Shown here one piece after another: positions 39,601 through 47,732 of a stretch of 64,000 nt of DNA. The stretch is taken from NCBI GenBank assembly GCA_037441845.1, contig JBBIRK010000003.1:192001-256000 (forward strand), read 5' to 3'. Both the position numbers and the translations under genes were made by a program. Position 1 is the stretch's first letter. Every line of letters begins with the position of its first letter. The DNA comes from Candidatus Zixiibacteriota bacterium (GTDB lineage: Bacteria > Zixibacteria > MSB-5A5 > UBA10806 > 4484-95). The notes beneath the pieces are model-generated. The model had not been told where the DNA came from. It worked only from the letters and a program-made list of their open reading frames with translations, and searched no databases.

Positions 39601-42600
39601 CGTTTACTGTGAGCGTACCGGGATCGAAATCGACGGTATCGATCGTCAAGCTGGCGATCGAGGCTATCGTTTGGGTGTCTGAATAGACGATCGCACCCAC
39701 GGAATTGTAAATATCGAAGTGAACGGGCACGCTCGTTTCAGTGGATAGTCCGTTGTTCCCGAATACCGCTCTCGGAGTGAACGGTGATCCGTTGGCAACC
39801 ATCCCCGAAGGATTCAGGATGCTGTTGGCAGACATGTCGTGGTTAGGGATATAGAGCGAGCAGTTGGTAAACGTGAAATCATCGATATACCATCCTGGGT
39901 TGTCGAGGCTCGAGTTCGAATAGTATTCGAAGCGGAACGGCACTATGCCCGAATATGCCGATAAATCCACCGAATAATATTGCCAGGTTGTATCCATTCC
40001 ATACCAAGAAGCCAGAAGCACCCAGCCGGTTCCCGGATCGATCTTGATATTCAAGCTGTCGTATGTCGAACCGGAAGCTCTGCGCCAATGGTAGAATCCA
40101 AATGCCGCGTTCGAGTTGAGATTCAGGGAGAAATCAAGCCATGAACGGATACCGCCCAACGGATAACCAGTCGTACGGTTGCCGTCGAGAATGGTCGCCC
40201 AGCATCTCACGCCTGAATTGGCGCCGCTCGGGCCGAACGTTGGAATACCCCATTCCCAGTCACCGCTGAAATCACCCCAACTGCCGGTCGCAGTTAAGCC
40301 GCCGCTTGTGGATTCGAAGTCGAGAAGATCATCGAACACGGTCATGGTTCTCGCTTTCCAGTCGTTGCCGGGTGTGGCATCTCCGGGAAGCGCAACCAGT
40401 GTCGTGCAATAGTAGGTGCCGCTGGTCGCCATGAAAGTCGAATCGAAATCGACCGTATCCACCTCGAGGGCAGAGATGCTGGCGATATATTTCGTGCTGC
40501 TGAACACCTGAACGCCGCCGCTGTCGTAAATTCTGAAATGCACGGGAACGTTGGTCTCGGTCGTGTTACCGAAATTGGTAAATGATGCCCGCGGCGTGAA
40601 ATAGGTGTTTGTCTCCATCGCGCCACCGGGGCTGATAAGCTTGGTGGCTGCCATGTCATGGCTCGGCGGAACATAGGAGAACGTAATCGCCAGGCCGGGC
40701 AATGCGAGATTGCCGGCAGGCGCGCCGTTGTAGAAATACTGCAAGCCGATAGTACCATCGGAGTTCTCGATACCGATCGTGTGTCCGGTTGGAATGGACG
40801 GACCCACCGAGCGGTATTGATACTTTATCTTCTCGTTGCCGGTGATAATCATCTGGGCGTCGAAACGGTTGGCGGAGTCAGCGGTTGCATACCATTTGAA
40901 GTTCAGGAAGCTGATGATGAAGGTGTCGACGTTGTTTGTGTAATAGTAAATGTTGGCATCGGGACCCTGCATCATGTCATCCCAGAGCATGGCCAGCGTA
41001 TTGTTCGGAAGGCCGGTGGCCGGCAGAGCCGAGTTCGTAAGGTACCCGCTGATGAGGCTGTCGAAGCTGGCGAAACCGTTTTCGCTCACCGAGATTCTAT
41101 CATAGGCATTGCCGTAATAGTTGAAGGTGAAACCGATTCCCAGTCTGGTAAAGCGATCATCACCCGTTCCCGGGAATGCGATCGGGGTTCCGATACCGCT
41201 GATATCGATCCAGTTGTATGCCGGACCAAGCCCGAGGTTGTCTTCCCAGATGTAGTAGCCTGCATCAGGGCCGCCGCTGGATGTATGCGGTAGAGTAAAA
41301 AAAGTTGCGGAAACAGTGTCGTTGGATAGATTTTGATCGGTGGCTAAAGCCGTGAACGTGCGCAACCGATATTCGCCGGAACTCAGGATATTCCAATTGG
41401 CGAAATCAACATCGCGATATTCAAGGCTCGTCAACCCGCTTACGGTCTGACCGTTGGAATAAACGCTCGTAGTCGGCAATTCCTCGTAAACCTGAACCTT
41501 GTCCAGATACATGCAATAGAGCGCGTTATACCCTTTATACTTGAACGCGATCTTGACGTTAGACTGTCCGGCCGCCCACGAGCTAATGTTGTAAGTCGGA
41601 ATGGCAGGCGTGGAGATCGATCCGTAATCAGCACCTGTGTATAATGCGATTACTTGGGTAGTCGCCCAGTCATCCGCAGTTCCAAGCACCCAGCCCGAAT
41701 CGGTCAAGTCAGAAGTGTAGTCGTCATAGTATATCCGCATGGTGAGCTGGACGTTGCTGGCTGAAGCGCAGTTGATTGAGGGTGATATCAACCATTCGTT
41801 CTGGTATTCGATCGGCGAGTAATAAACTCTGGCGATCGTATCGCCCCAGCTCGAATGATAGTAGGCGTGCCAGTCATTGTTGTTCCAAGTGCCGGGCACG
41901 CTGCCGCTGTCGATAATCGACCAGCTTCCCAAAACGTTCTGCGGAGGACTTGCGCCGTTCCACAGTTGCGGGTCGCTGAATTCCTCGTAGAACAGGACGT
42001 TCTTGTTGACGATTTCAACTTTGAACGAATCCTGGAACGTCTCGGTGTTGGTGCCGAAATTGGCTACCTGGGTCTTGACAGGCGCGCTGTACCCCACCAC
42101 GCCATAGCGAGGATACTTGATCGAACGCGTGGTGACATCATGCGCCAAAAGAACAGTTTCATCGACTTTGACGTCATCTACGTACCAATAGTCGAAACTG
42201 GCCGGGCCGTTGACGAAATTCAGAGCGATTTTTATGGTCTGTCCGGCGCGGTTGGAAATGTCGAATTTGTAAATGGTTTTGGTCGTCGAAGACCCCGTGG
42301 ATGCAGTCAGATTTTGCACCGTGTCCACCCAAGTAGCGCCGCCGTCGGTGGATATCAGAATATATCCATGGTCGGTGTTTTCCCATGGCGCGCCGGTGGT
42401 GGAATGATAATAGTATTGGGCGACACTCAATGTGCACAACGAACCCGAAGAAAGAGAAATGGCCGGTGATATCAGCCATTCATTCTGTGCTTCGGTATCG
42501 CCGGTCAAATAATATACTCGAGCGGTTTTGCTGGCCCACGAGGTGTGGTTGTAGCTTCTCCAATCATTCAGGTTATAGCCGCCGGCAGATTTCGGCGTGC

Positions 42601-43546
42601 CGTTGTCGAGAATGGTCCAGCCCGTCGGAGGATTGTCACCCCCGGGTCCCCAGGTCTCGAAATCCTGATAGATATGCTGGGTGCCGTCCGACCAGATGGC
42701 AACGTTATCGATATACCAGTAATAGGCCTGGGCAGGCAGTGCGGCGGTCAATACGAAAGCCACCTTCACTGTTTGTCCGGCATAACTGGTGATATTGATA
42801 TTTTTATATCCCGAAGCCTGATCGGCGTCGTAGATAGCCAAGTCGGTCCAGCTTACGCCGTCGTCGGTCGTGATCTTGACCCAGGCGGTGTCGCCGCCGT
42901 TGGCGGTTCTGTCGTCGTAATAATTCCGCCAGGTCAAAGAACATGCGATCGCTCCGCCGGTAAGAGCCACGGACGGTGTAATCAGCCATTCGTTGTAGGT
43001 GGTTTCGGCGGCATACAGGTAAGTGAATCTGGCGACATTCGACGACCAAGTGGAATAATTGTATTTATACCAGTCGTCGGTCCACCAGAACTGCGTGCCG
43101 GAGGTGCCGTTGTCGGCCATCAACCACCCGGTTGGAGCGGTTGTGGTCGTATCCCAGGCTTCGAAATCCTCGAGGAACACGGTAGTCGTGATCACCGGCG
43201 GTTCAGCAGGGGATTCGGACCACCCCATCAGGTTCACCGATGGTTCCGCGTTTAGGATTTCGCCCTTTTCGCCATAGATCGGCTGCCACTTGGTTTCCGC
43301 AGGTTCGCTGACAGCGTTTTCAACGGCCTGCATTTCTCCGGGCGCAAAAGCCGGTTTCGGATCGCTTTTTTCATTGTCGGCCGCTTTGATTTCGGCTTTC
43401 GGCTCGACTATACTCGCCTGATTCGCGTCGTTTTTCGCCGTCGCGGTCGAGGCCGTGCGATCGAAAAGCTTTTGCCCTGAGAATGACCAAGAAGCCATCA
43501 ACATGGCGATGCCCAGGATCAAAATCAAATAGAGAGATTTTTTCAT
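36626..43546 (-). CDS. 2306-aa secreted multidomain surface protein with C-terminal dockerin-like domain
   Basis: SD AGGAGA, signal peptide MKKSLYLILILG; 3x NEWLI(T/S)P cleaved-adhesin-like domains, 4x HD-initiated Ig/CARDB-like domains, 3x GGPDAxxYxWxD modules, GDINGDG..GDVNGNC dockerin-like pair. Confidence 0.85.
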   Translation of the reverse strand: MKKSLYLILILGIAMLMASWSFSGQKLFDRTASTATAKNDANQASIVEPKAEIKAADNEKSDPKPAFAPGEMQAVENAVSEPAETKWQPIYGEKGEILNAEPSVNLMGWSESPAEPPVITTTVFLEDFEAWDTTTTAPTGWLMADNGTSGTQFWWTDDWYKYNYSTWSSNVARFTYLYAAETTYNEWLITPSVALTGGAIACSLTWRNYYDDRTANGGDTAWVKITTDDGVSWTDLAIYDADQASGYKNINITSYAGQTVKVAFVLTAALPAQAYYWYIDNVAIWSDGTQHIYQDFETWGPGGDNPPTGWTILDNGTPKSAGGYNLNDWRSYNHTSWASKTARVYYLTGDTEAQNEWLISPAISLSSGSLCTLSVAQYYYHSTTGAPWENTDHGYILISTDGGATWVDTVQNLTASTGSSTTKTIYKFDISNRAGQTIKIALNFVNGPASFDYWYVDDVKVDETVLLAHDVTTRSIKYPRYGVVGYSAPVKTQVANFGTNTETFQDSFKVEIVNKNVLFYEEFSDPQLWNGASPPQNVLGSWSIIDSGSVPGTWNNNDWHAYYHSSWGDTIARVYYSPIEYQNEWLISPSINCASASNVQLTMRIYYDDYTSDLTDSGWVLGTADDWATTQVIALYTGADYGSISTPAIPTYNISSWAAGQSNVKIAFKYKGYNALYCMYLDKVQVYEELPTTSVYSNGQTVSGLTSLEYRDVDFANWNILSSGEYRLRTFTALATDQNLSNDTVSATFFTLPHTSSGGPDAGYYIWEDNLGLGPAYNWIDISGIGTPIAFPGTGDDRFTRLGIGFTFNYYGNAYDRISVSENGFASFDSLISGYLTNSALPATGLPNNTLAMLWDDMMQGPDANIYYYTNNVDTFIISFLNFKWYATADSANRFDAQMIITGNEKIKYQYRSVGPSIPTGHTIGIENSDGTIGLQYFYNGAPAGNLALPGLAITFSYVPPSHDMAATKLISPGGAMETNTYFTPRASFTNFGNTTETNVPVHFRIYDSGGVQVFSSTKYIASISALEVDTVDFDSTFMATSGTYYCTTLVALPGDATPGNDWKARTMTVFDDLLDFESTSGGLTATGSWGDFSGDWEWGIPTFGPSGANSGVRCWATILDGNRTTGYPLGGIRSWLDFSLNLNSNAAFGFYHWRRASGSTYDSLNIKIDPGTGWVLLASWYGMDTTWQYYSVDLSAYSGIVPFRFEYYSNSSLDNPGWYIDDFTFTNCSLYIPNHDMSANSILNPSGMVANGSPFTPRAVFGNNGLSTETSVPVHFDIYNSVGAIVYSDTQTIASIASLTIDTVDFDPGTLTVNGAYTCSAWVAIITDSILTNNSRGSSFTVDSHYGTGGPDAGHYRWIDNTVIGGPTYSWIDTTGGGWTRIVTWPNGTTDDGRTNPIYMGFPSGFYFYGSMEDSIVIATNGWLSFTAQTSNYLGNYLPPSSSGPTEGVFLNWDDLDGETTADTGYVYYKYDAANNRFIVSYYDWSYYSSPYNPGDFQVIFDADDSSIVMQYGPATGPRQTDITIGIQDSTRTIGLGYYTDGEPQLNLPYEGLAIKFYPYMPSHDVRVVSLDAPTTIVQGQTLDIIATFKNEGINTETFNVWASDNRGYSNIQTITALPPGATVVDTFPGWTIGYACSSYVLTIATQLGTDVDPNNDTLRTTFVSLPASNYFISYDDGVVNNAWRLTNPDNIIANAFNVPYGNATISAITYKMTNLDNYPTWPDANRDTVIVSIYLDTDINGLPDEPAVYTKRLRTPDRGDLVWNVACDTTIHVDCQIFWAGWTYVDTFHKEGICIDATEDYPAAKWMRLDGVWQPDTFSTINGDNMIHAYIQGDTSAAADIAVASTSLSGSADVGGADTAATTLDNVGDCGLLYTASVVQYSPRPIHGDIPIALNTSPIGSQVDPKTGATEPVYPPVINAQGGPDAFGYRWKDSDEPGGPAYSWVDISTIGTPVTFTNGTLDDGWTNLFAMGMTFNYYGIPYDSVMVSTNGWISFVSQTSSYLSNTSIPATALPNAIVPVYWDDMDARNDGDCYYYFDSANNRFIVSWVTWPHYADTTNKIDFQVILNADGSIKMQYGGGLFSLMSYSIGIENETGTIGLQVAYNQAYLHNSMAILFNRPPQWLTTDLTSGVLAPNDPPLTFHAFMDASALSAGTYTGAILITSNDPDEPVTTVNVSFTVTGGGGECDYVLGDINGDGNRIGGDVTFGVRYFKGVGAVPPDSCYMDSTGTYLYVAGDVNGNCEFRGSDITRLVAFFKGNASLNYCHFFPPPILLAPSPIHIQQGINMVPRDENKSVIRETKTAE

Positions 43547-43809
43547 GCTATCTCCTATTGCGTTTACGATCATCGATTCATGCCCATCTAAGGGCGCCTA
43601 CAAAATGGAATCCTGATTTCCGTTGGTTAAAGTTGATCTTTTCGCGAAACATGCATTTTTTCTCGATATACTTCCCTCCCGTCGGAATTGTACTTCCGTT
43701 GCCTATATTTTATGTCGGAATCCTAATCCGGCTCTTTGGCAGCCGTCTTTTTCAACCAATTTCTTTACTTCAAAACGCGAAGAGTATTTTCCGCAACACC
43801 TTTAATAAC

Positions 43810-43837
43810 ATTATATTAAATCGACATCGATTGTCAA
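43810..43837 (-). promoter_or_regulatory. Consensus sigma70 promoter of the giant gene
   Basis: Minus strand TTGACA-N16-TATAAT. Confidence 0.75.
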
Positions 43838-44018
43838 GCCTTTTTGTTCAAATTCCATGGATTATTATGGCCCGTTATCTCGTTTTTGCCGGCATCTTCG
43901 ACTGCCGCAACATTATTTCGTAATTTATGCCGCATCAGCGGCGCGAATTAGCGAAATAGGCTCCGGCCATTTATTTTCGGCAACCGCCGATCTTATTTTC
44001 TCAAACGTTTTGGAAATC

Positions 44019-44053
44019 GGAAAATTTTGCGCCCGTCTGCCGAATAATTTTCC
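44019..44053. promoter_or_regulatory. Tandem 13-bp palindrome-like sites, putative enhancer
   Basis: GGAAAATTTTGCG (44019) and CGAATAATTTTCC (44041), 22 bp apart. Confidence 0.5.
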
Positions 44054-44140
44054 TCAATATCTGGAATCGGATCTTTTAGAAATATGATCACTATTTCGTA
44101 ATCCGTTAGCTGATATCGAATTGTGAGGTCAGAAGCGGTC

Positions 44141-44156
44141 TGGCACGGCCGTTGCT
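44141..44156 (+). promoter_or_regulatory. Sigma54 promoter of motE-fliK-flgDE operon
   Basis: TGGCACGGCCGTTGCT, exact TGGCACG-N4-TTGC consensus. Confidence 0.9.
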
Positions 44157-44190
44157 TTCAAGGATTTCGGAAAAGTTTGCGTGTTTGTTT

Positions 44191-44736
44191 ATGAAAGTGA
44201 TCCAAAAAATAGGACTTTACCTGGTGATCATGCTGATCAATTTCGCTGGATATGTGTTGTTGTTTTCGGCCGCATTCGGGGTCAAGCCGGCGCAATTCGG
44301 CGGTTATCTGCGTGAAAAAGCCAATGAAATACAGACCGAAATAATGCAGAAAGCGATGACTCGGCCGGCGGCCAAATCCGAAAAACCCGCAGAGGACACT
44401 GAAAAGCAACGTATCCAGGCTGAGCTCGAAGCCATTGAACAACAAAAACTTCAACTACAAAAGGAACGCCAGGAACTGGAATCGGCAAGGCAGCAAATCG
44501 AAAAATCGAAATCGCAGCCGGTTCTCGATGAAGACAAGATCTATAACTTGGCCAAAATTTTTGACACCATGGACAAGCAAAAGGTGGCCGAAATTTTCAA
44601 TGAAATGCAAGATAGTCTGGTGGTTGCGATTCTACCGCGGATGAAACCCGCCAACGCCAGTCAGGTGCTGCAAAACATGGAACCGGCGCGTTCGGCGCTT
44701 ATATCGAAAATGATTTTAAGGAATTCCGAAGGATGA
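44191..44736 (+). CDS. MotE/YlxF/FlbB-like flagellar protein (MgtE N-terminal-like domain)
   Basis: TM segment, coiled coil, LAKIFDTMDKQKVAEI..ILPRMKP..MEPARSA; precedes fliK. Confidence 0.8.
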   Translation: MKVIQKIGLYLVIMLINFAGYVLLFSAAFGVKPAQFGGYLREKANEIQTEIMQKAMTRPAAKSEKPAEDTEKQRIQAELEAIEQQKLQLQKERQELESARQQIEKSKSQPVLDEDKIYNLAKIFDTMDKQKVAEIFNEMQDSLVVAILPRMKPANASQVLQNMEPARSALISKMILRNSEG

Positions 44737-46520
44737 TCCCGATTTTCCCAGATATCAAGTCATTGGCCGAAAATCTTATTGAGACAGCCAATAATACTAA
44801 GGCAGGACGCCCGGGAACTACGGCCCCTATCGAATTCGCCCGATTGTTGGAAAGGTTGGCGGAATATTCGCCGCACACCGATAACATTGAGACCGGAAAT
44901 CCAATCGGATACGATTTTCTAAACTTGGTCAATCCGGCGCGCGATTTTCCCACAGCCGCGATTCGCGAAAACGGGGACGGCTCGATTTCCGTGAAAAACC
45001 CCTTCGGAATCGTTGGAAACACGGCGAACCCGGCCGCGGCGAATCAATCGTCGTCGCTTTGTATCGCCCTGAATTTCAGACTCCGAGAGGTTCAGGATTT
45101 GTTGCGCAGGTACGATTACCGGATCGAAATCGCCCTGCCTGCGCCCCGAAAAGACGCCGAACAAGATTGGTACAACTCCGCGGCGACGGTTGATAACCGA
45201 TTGCCGAGCGTTATCAATTTCCAGGCCGGTAGTTATGGTATTTCAGAACCGGTCCGAATCGCTCAGGTATCGCCGACTGAAATATCCGCCGGGGCAACCG
45301 AGGTCCCGATTCAAGAATCGGCAAGGATTCAGGAAATCGGCCGTCTGTCACGGCCGCTTGTCATATCGATGGAACCGCGTGATTTTATCGATTTAGTATC
45401 GGGCAGAATCGATTCAGCGGAGATCACCGGATTTACCGAACAGGGGAAAAAGGCGATAACGATCGGCGCATTGCGGAACCTGCTTGATCGTTACGGCGCC
45501 GATGCCGATCTCAAGCTGACAGTTCCGGTAACCGCGGATATGCGCGAGAAGATCGCCCAGCTTAATCAGCCGACTTTCGGCGGCGATCATTACCCGTTCG
45601 ATAGGCCGACGACAACGAATTTCCTCCTTCTGGATCCGAGGAAAATGCTGAATTGCGGCCCCGATGACCGGATTACCGTGATCCTTCAGTCTTTTCCCCT
45701 CGGTGACGGTTCATATGCTGAATTCGTCAATTCGATGCAGCATTATCCGCGTCTGTCGGGAGCGCATGGTCTTTCGTTCGGTACGCCGAATTTCACGCGT
45801 TCATCGGCCGTCGACTTTTCGCCGATTTTACCGCAGGTGGCGGTTCATGATCAACAAGTGCAATCGGCTACCGAAAAGGCCTCGCTGTCGGAACTGGGAG
45901 ATCGTCTGCGGCCCGGTCGTGGCAAGAGTGTCTCCCCGGAAAATTCGACTCCTTCGGCGGCCCGATCGATTCAGCCCGATAATGCGGAATTCAAACCGAC
46001 CGGCGATGATTTTGACTCAAAAATACTTTTTCAGGAAACCCGTCATCTGGGCCATACGATCGATAAGTCCGACTCGTTCATGATCTTGCCCAAAGAAGGG
46101 ACAACCTACCAGGATCTTCCCGGACAAATAAAGGCGGCGATGCAAAATTATCGTCCCGGGACCGAGTTGTCGATCAAGATAGAGCCGCAGCATCTCGGTA
46201 AAATAAAAATGAAAATCAGCTACGATAACGGTCGGGTGGAGGCATCCCTAAGGGTCGAGAGCAACGAAATTAAAAATTTGCTCGAAACCGATCTCAAGCG
46301 CCTGAAAGAATTTCTCGAGATAGACCACCTGAAAATCGATATCGACGATCCCGATCGTCGCAATCCCGCGCATGATTTCGCCAGGGAGAATCAGCGTCGT
46401 TCGGCCGAATACCGAAATCACATCGCTTCTTCGGCACCGCTCGAGACCCCCGCACCGATAACGGCGGCCTCGGGTGCGATCGGAGGCGCGTGGAAATCGA
46501 GAATAGATCTGTTAGCCTGA
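44733..46520 (+). CDS. fliK: Hook-length control protein FliK
   Basis: C-terminal IKIEPQHLGKIKMKI domain, ends IDLLA; upstream of flgD. Confidence 0.82.
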   Translation: MIPIFPDIKSLAENLIETANNTKAGRPGTTAPIEFARLLERLAEYSPHTDNIETGNPIGYDFLNLVNPARDFPTAAIRENGDGSISVKNPFGIVGNTANPAAANQSSSLCIALNFRLREVQDLLRRYDYRIEIALPAPRKDAEQDWYNSAATVDNRLPSVINFQAGSYGISEPVRIAQVSPTEISAGATEVPIQESARIQEIGRLSRPLVISMEPRDFIDLVSGRIDSAEITGFTEQGKKAITIGALRNLLDRYGADADLKLTVPVTADMREKIAQLNQPTFGGDHYPFDRPTTTNFLLLDPRKMLNCGPDDRITVILQSFPLGDGSYAEFVNSMQHYPRLSGAHGLSFGTPNFTRSSAVDFSPILPQVAVHDQQVQSATEKASLSELGDRLRPGRGKSVSPENSTPSAARSIQPDNAEFKPTGDDFDSKILFQETRHLGHTIDKSDSFMILPKEGTTYQDLPGQIKAAMQNYRPGTELSIKIEPQHLGKIKMKISYDNGRVEASLRVESNEIKNLLETDLKRLKEFLEIDHLKIDIDDPDRRNPAHDFARENQRRSAEYRNHIASSAPLETPAPITAASGAIGGAWKSRIDLLA

Positions 46521-46531
46521 AAGGAGGTGAC

Positions 46532-47239
46532 ATGAATCCTATTGGAGAAGTCAATTACATTAATCCGGGAATCGATAAGTCCGACAAGAGCGGCCAGGAT
46601 TCGACCAAGCTCGGCAAGAACGATTTTCTGAATCTGTTGGTAACCCAGCTTCGGTTTCAGGATCCGCTCGAGCCGATGAAAGATCAAGAATTCGTGGCCC
46701 AACTCGCCCAGTTCTCCCAGCTCGAACGTCTGGAAAACATGCAAAACTCGCTTGACACATCGACCCAGGTGAACTACGTGCTGAGCCAGACGATCGCCAA
46801 CACCATGGCGACCACGCTTATCGGCAAGACCGTTATCGCCGAGGGATCCGATTTCACGCTCGAGCCGGATAGGGACGCCCGCTTGAGTTATGAGCTCAAA
46901 GCCGATGCCGCCGATATCACGATAACGATAAAAAACAGCAACGGCGCGGTCGTAAAGACAATGCAATTGCATGACCAACGCGCGGGCAATCAAACCATAA
47001 ATTGGGAGGGTCGCGACGATCAGGGAAGTTTGGCCGCGCCCGGTCAATATTCGTATGAGGTGATCGCAAAGACCCGCACCGGAGAAACGGTAACGGTCGA
47101 GAAAAGGGTTATCGGCAAGGTCGAATCGGTGAAATACACCGAAAGCCGGGCCTACTTGGTCGTCGGAGGATACAAAGTCGATCTATCGGGCATAATCGAA
47201 ATCGTGAGCGGCGACAATAATCGTTACGACAACCACTGA
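46532..47239 (+). CDS. flgD: Hook cap protein FlgD
   Basis: SD AGGAGG; DFLNLLVTQLRFQDPLEP, QLAQFSQLE, WEGRD Ig domain. Confidence 0.96.
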   Translation: MNPIGEVNYINPGIDKSDKSGQDSTKLGKNDFLNLLVTQLRFQDPLEPMKDQEFVAQLAQFSQLERLENMQNSLDTSTQVNYVLSQTIANTMATTLIGKTVIAEGSDFTLEPDRDARLSYELKADAADITITIKNSNGAVVKTMQLHDQRAGNQTINWEGRDDQGSLAAPGQYSYEVIAKTRTGETVTVEKRVIGKVESVKYTESRAYLVVGGYKVDLSGIIEIVSGDNNRYDNH

Positions 47240-47272
47240 TATTTTCATAAACATGAAGGAGGTGAAGTTAAC

Positions 47273-47650
47273 ATGACGATTGCCGAAAACGGTTCGATCA
47301 TCCAACCGACCGGCGGAGTTGCAGCCGGAAGCACGAAAATCAAAACTGCGGGAATCGACAAAATCTCCGAATTCCGCTCGATTCTGCAGGAGAAAACCGG
47401 ACTCCGTTTTTCGAATCACGTTATCGATCGTATGGGGGACCGGTCGTTGGAATTGGATGGCGAAACCGCCGAACGTTTGTCGAAGGCGGTGGAGATCGCC
47501 GACCGAAAAGGGGCCGACCAATCGCTGGTGTTGCTCGACCAGCTGGCATTTTTAGTTTCGGTGAAAAACAAGACGGTGATCACCGCCGTGGAGACGAATC
47601 AGATGAAACAGGGCGTTTTCACCAAGATAGACAGCGCGATCATAGGATAA
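47273..47650 (+). CDS. Flagellar operon protein, TIGR02530 family
   Basis: FRSILQEK..LRFSNH..R..KG..SLVL..VSVKNKTVITA..VFTKIDSAII; between flgD and flgE. Confidence 0.88.
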   Translation: MTIAENGSIIQPTGGVAAGSTKIKTAGIDKISEFRSILQEKTGLRFSNHVIDRMGDRSLELDGETAERLSKAVEIADRKGADQSLVLLDQLAFLVSVKNKTVITAVETNQMKQGVFTKIDSAIIG

Positions 47651-47663
47651 CGTAGGATAACAA

Positions 47664-47724
47664 TCGGGCTGGACCCCGTTTGGGGAGGCCCCAACCCCGA
47701 CCTGAAGTGTCGGGCTGGAGGGAG
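47664..47724 (+). promoter_or_regulatory. Putative cis-regulatory RNA in the flgE leader
   Basis: Two GC-rich hairpins, each containing UCGGGCUGGA; the second can overlap the SD. Confidence 0.6.
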
Positions 47725-47732
47725 AAAATAAA

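Noticed and set aside
37835..43255. Plus-strand ORFs of 200-340 aa inside the giant gene
   Set aside because: Antisense shadows with no SD or domain signal
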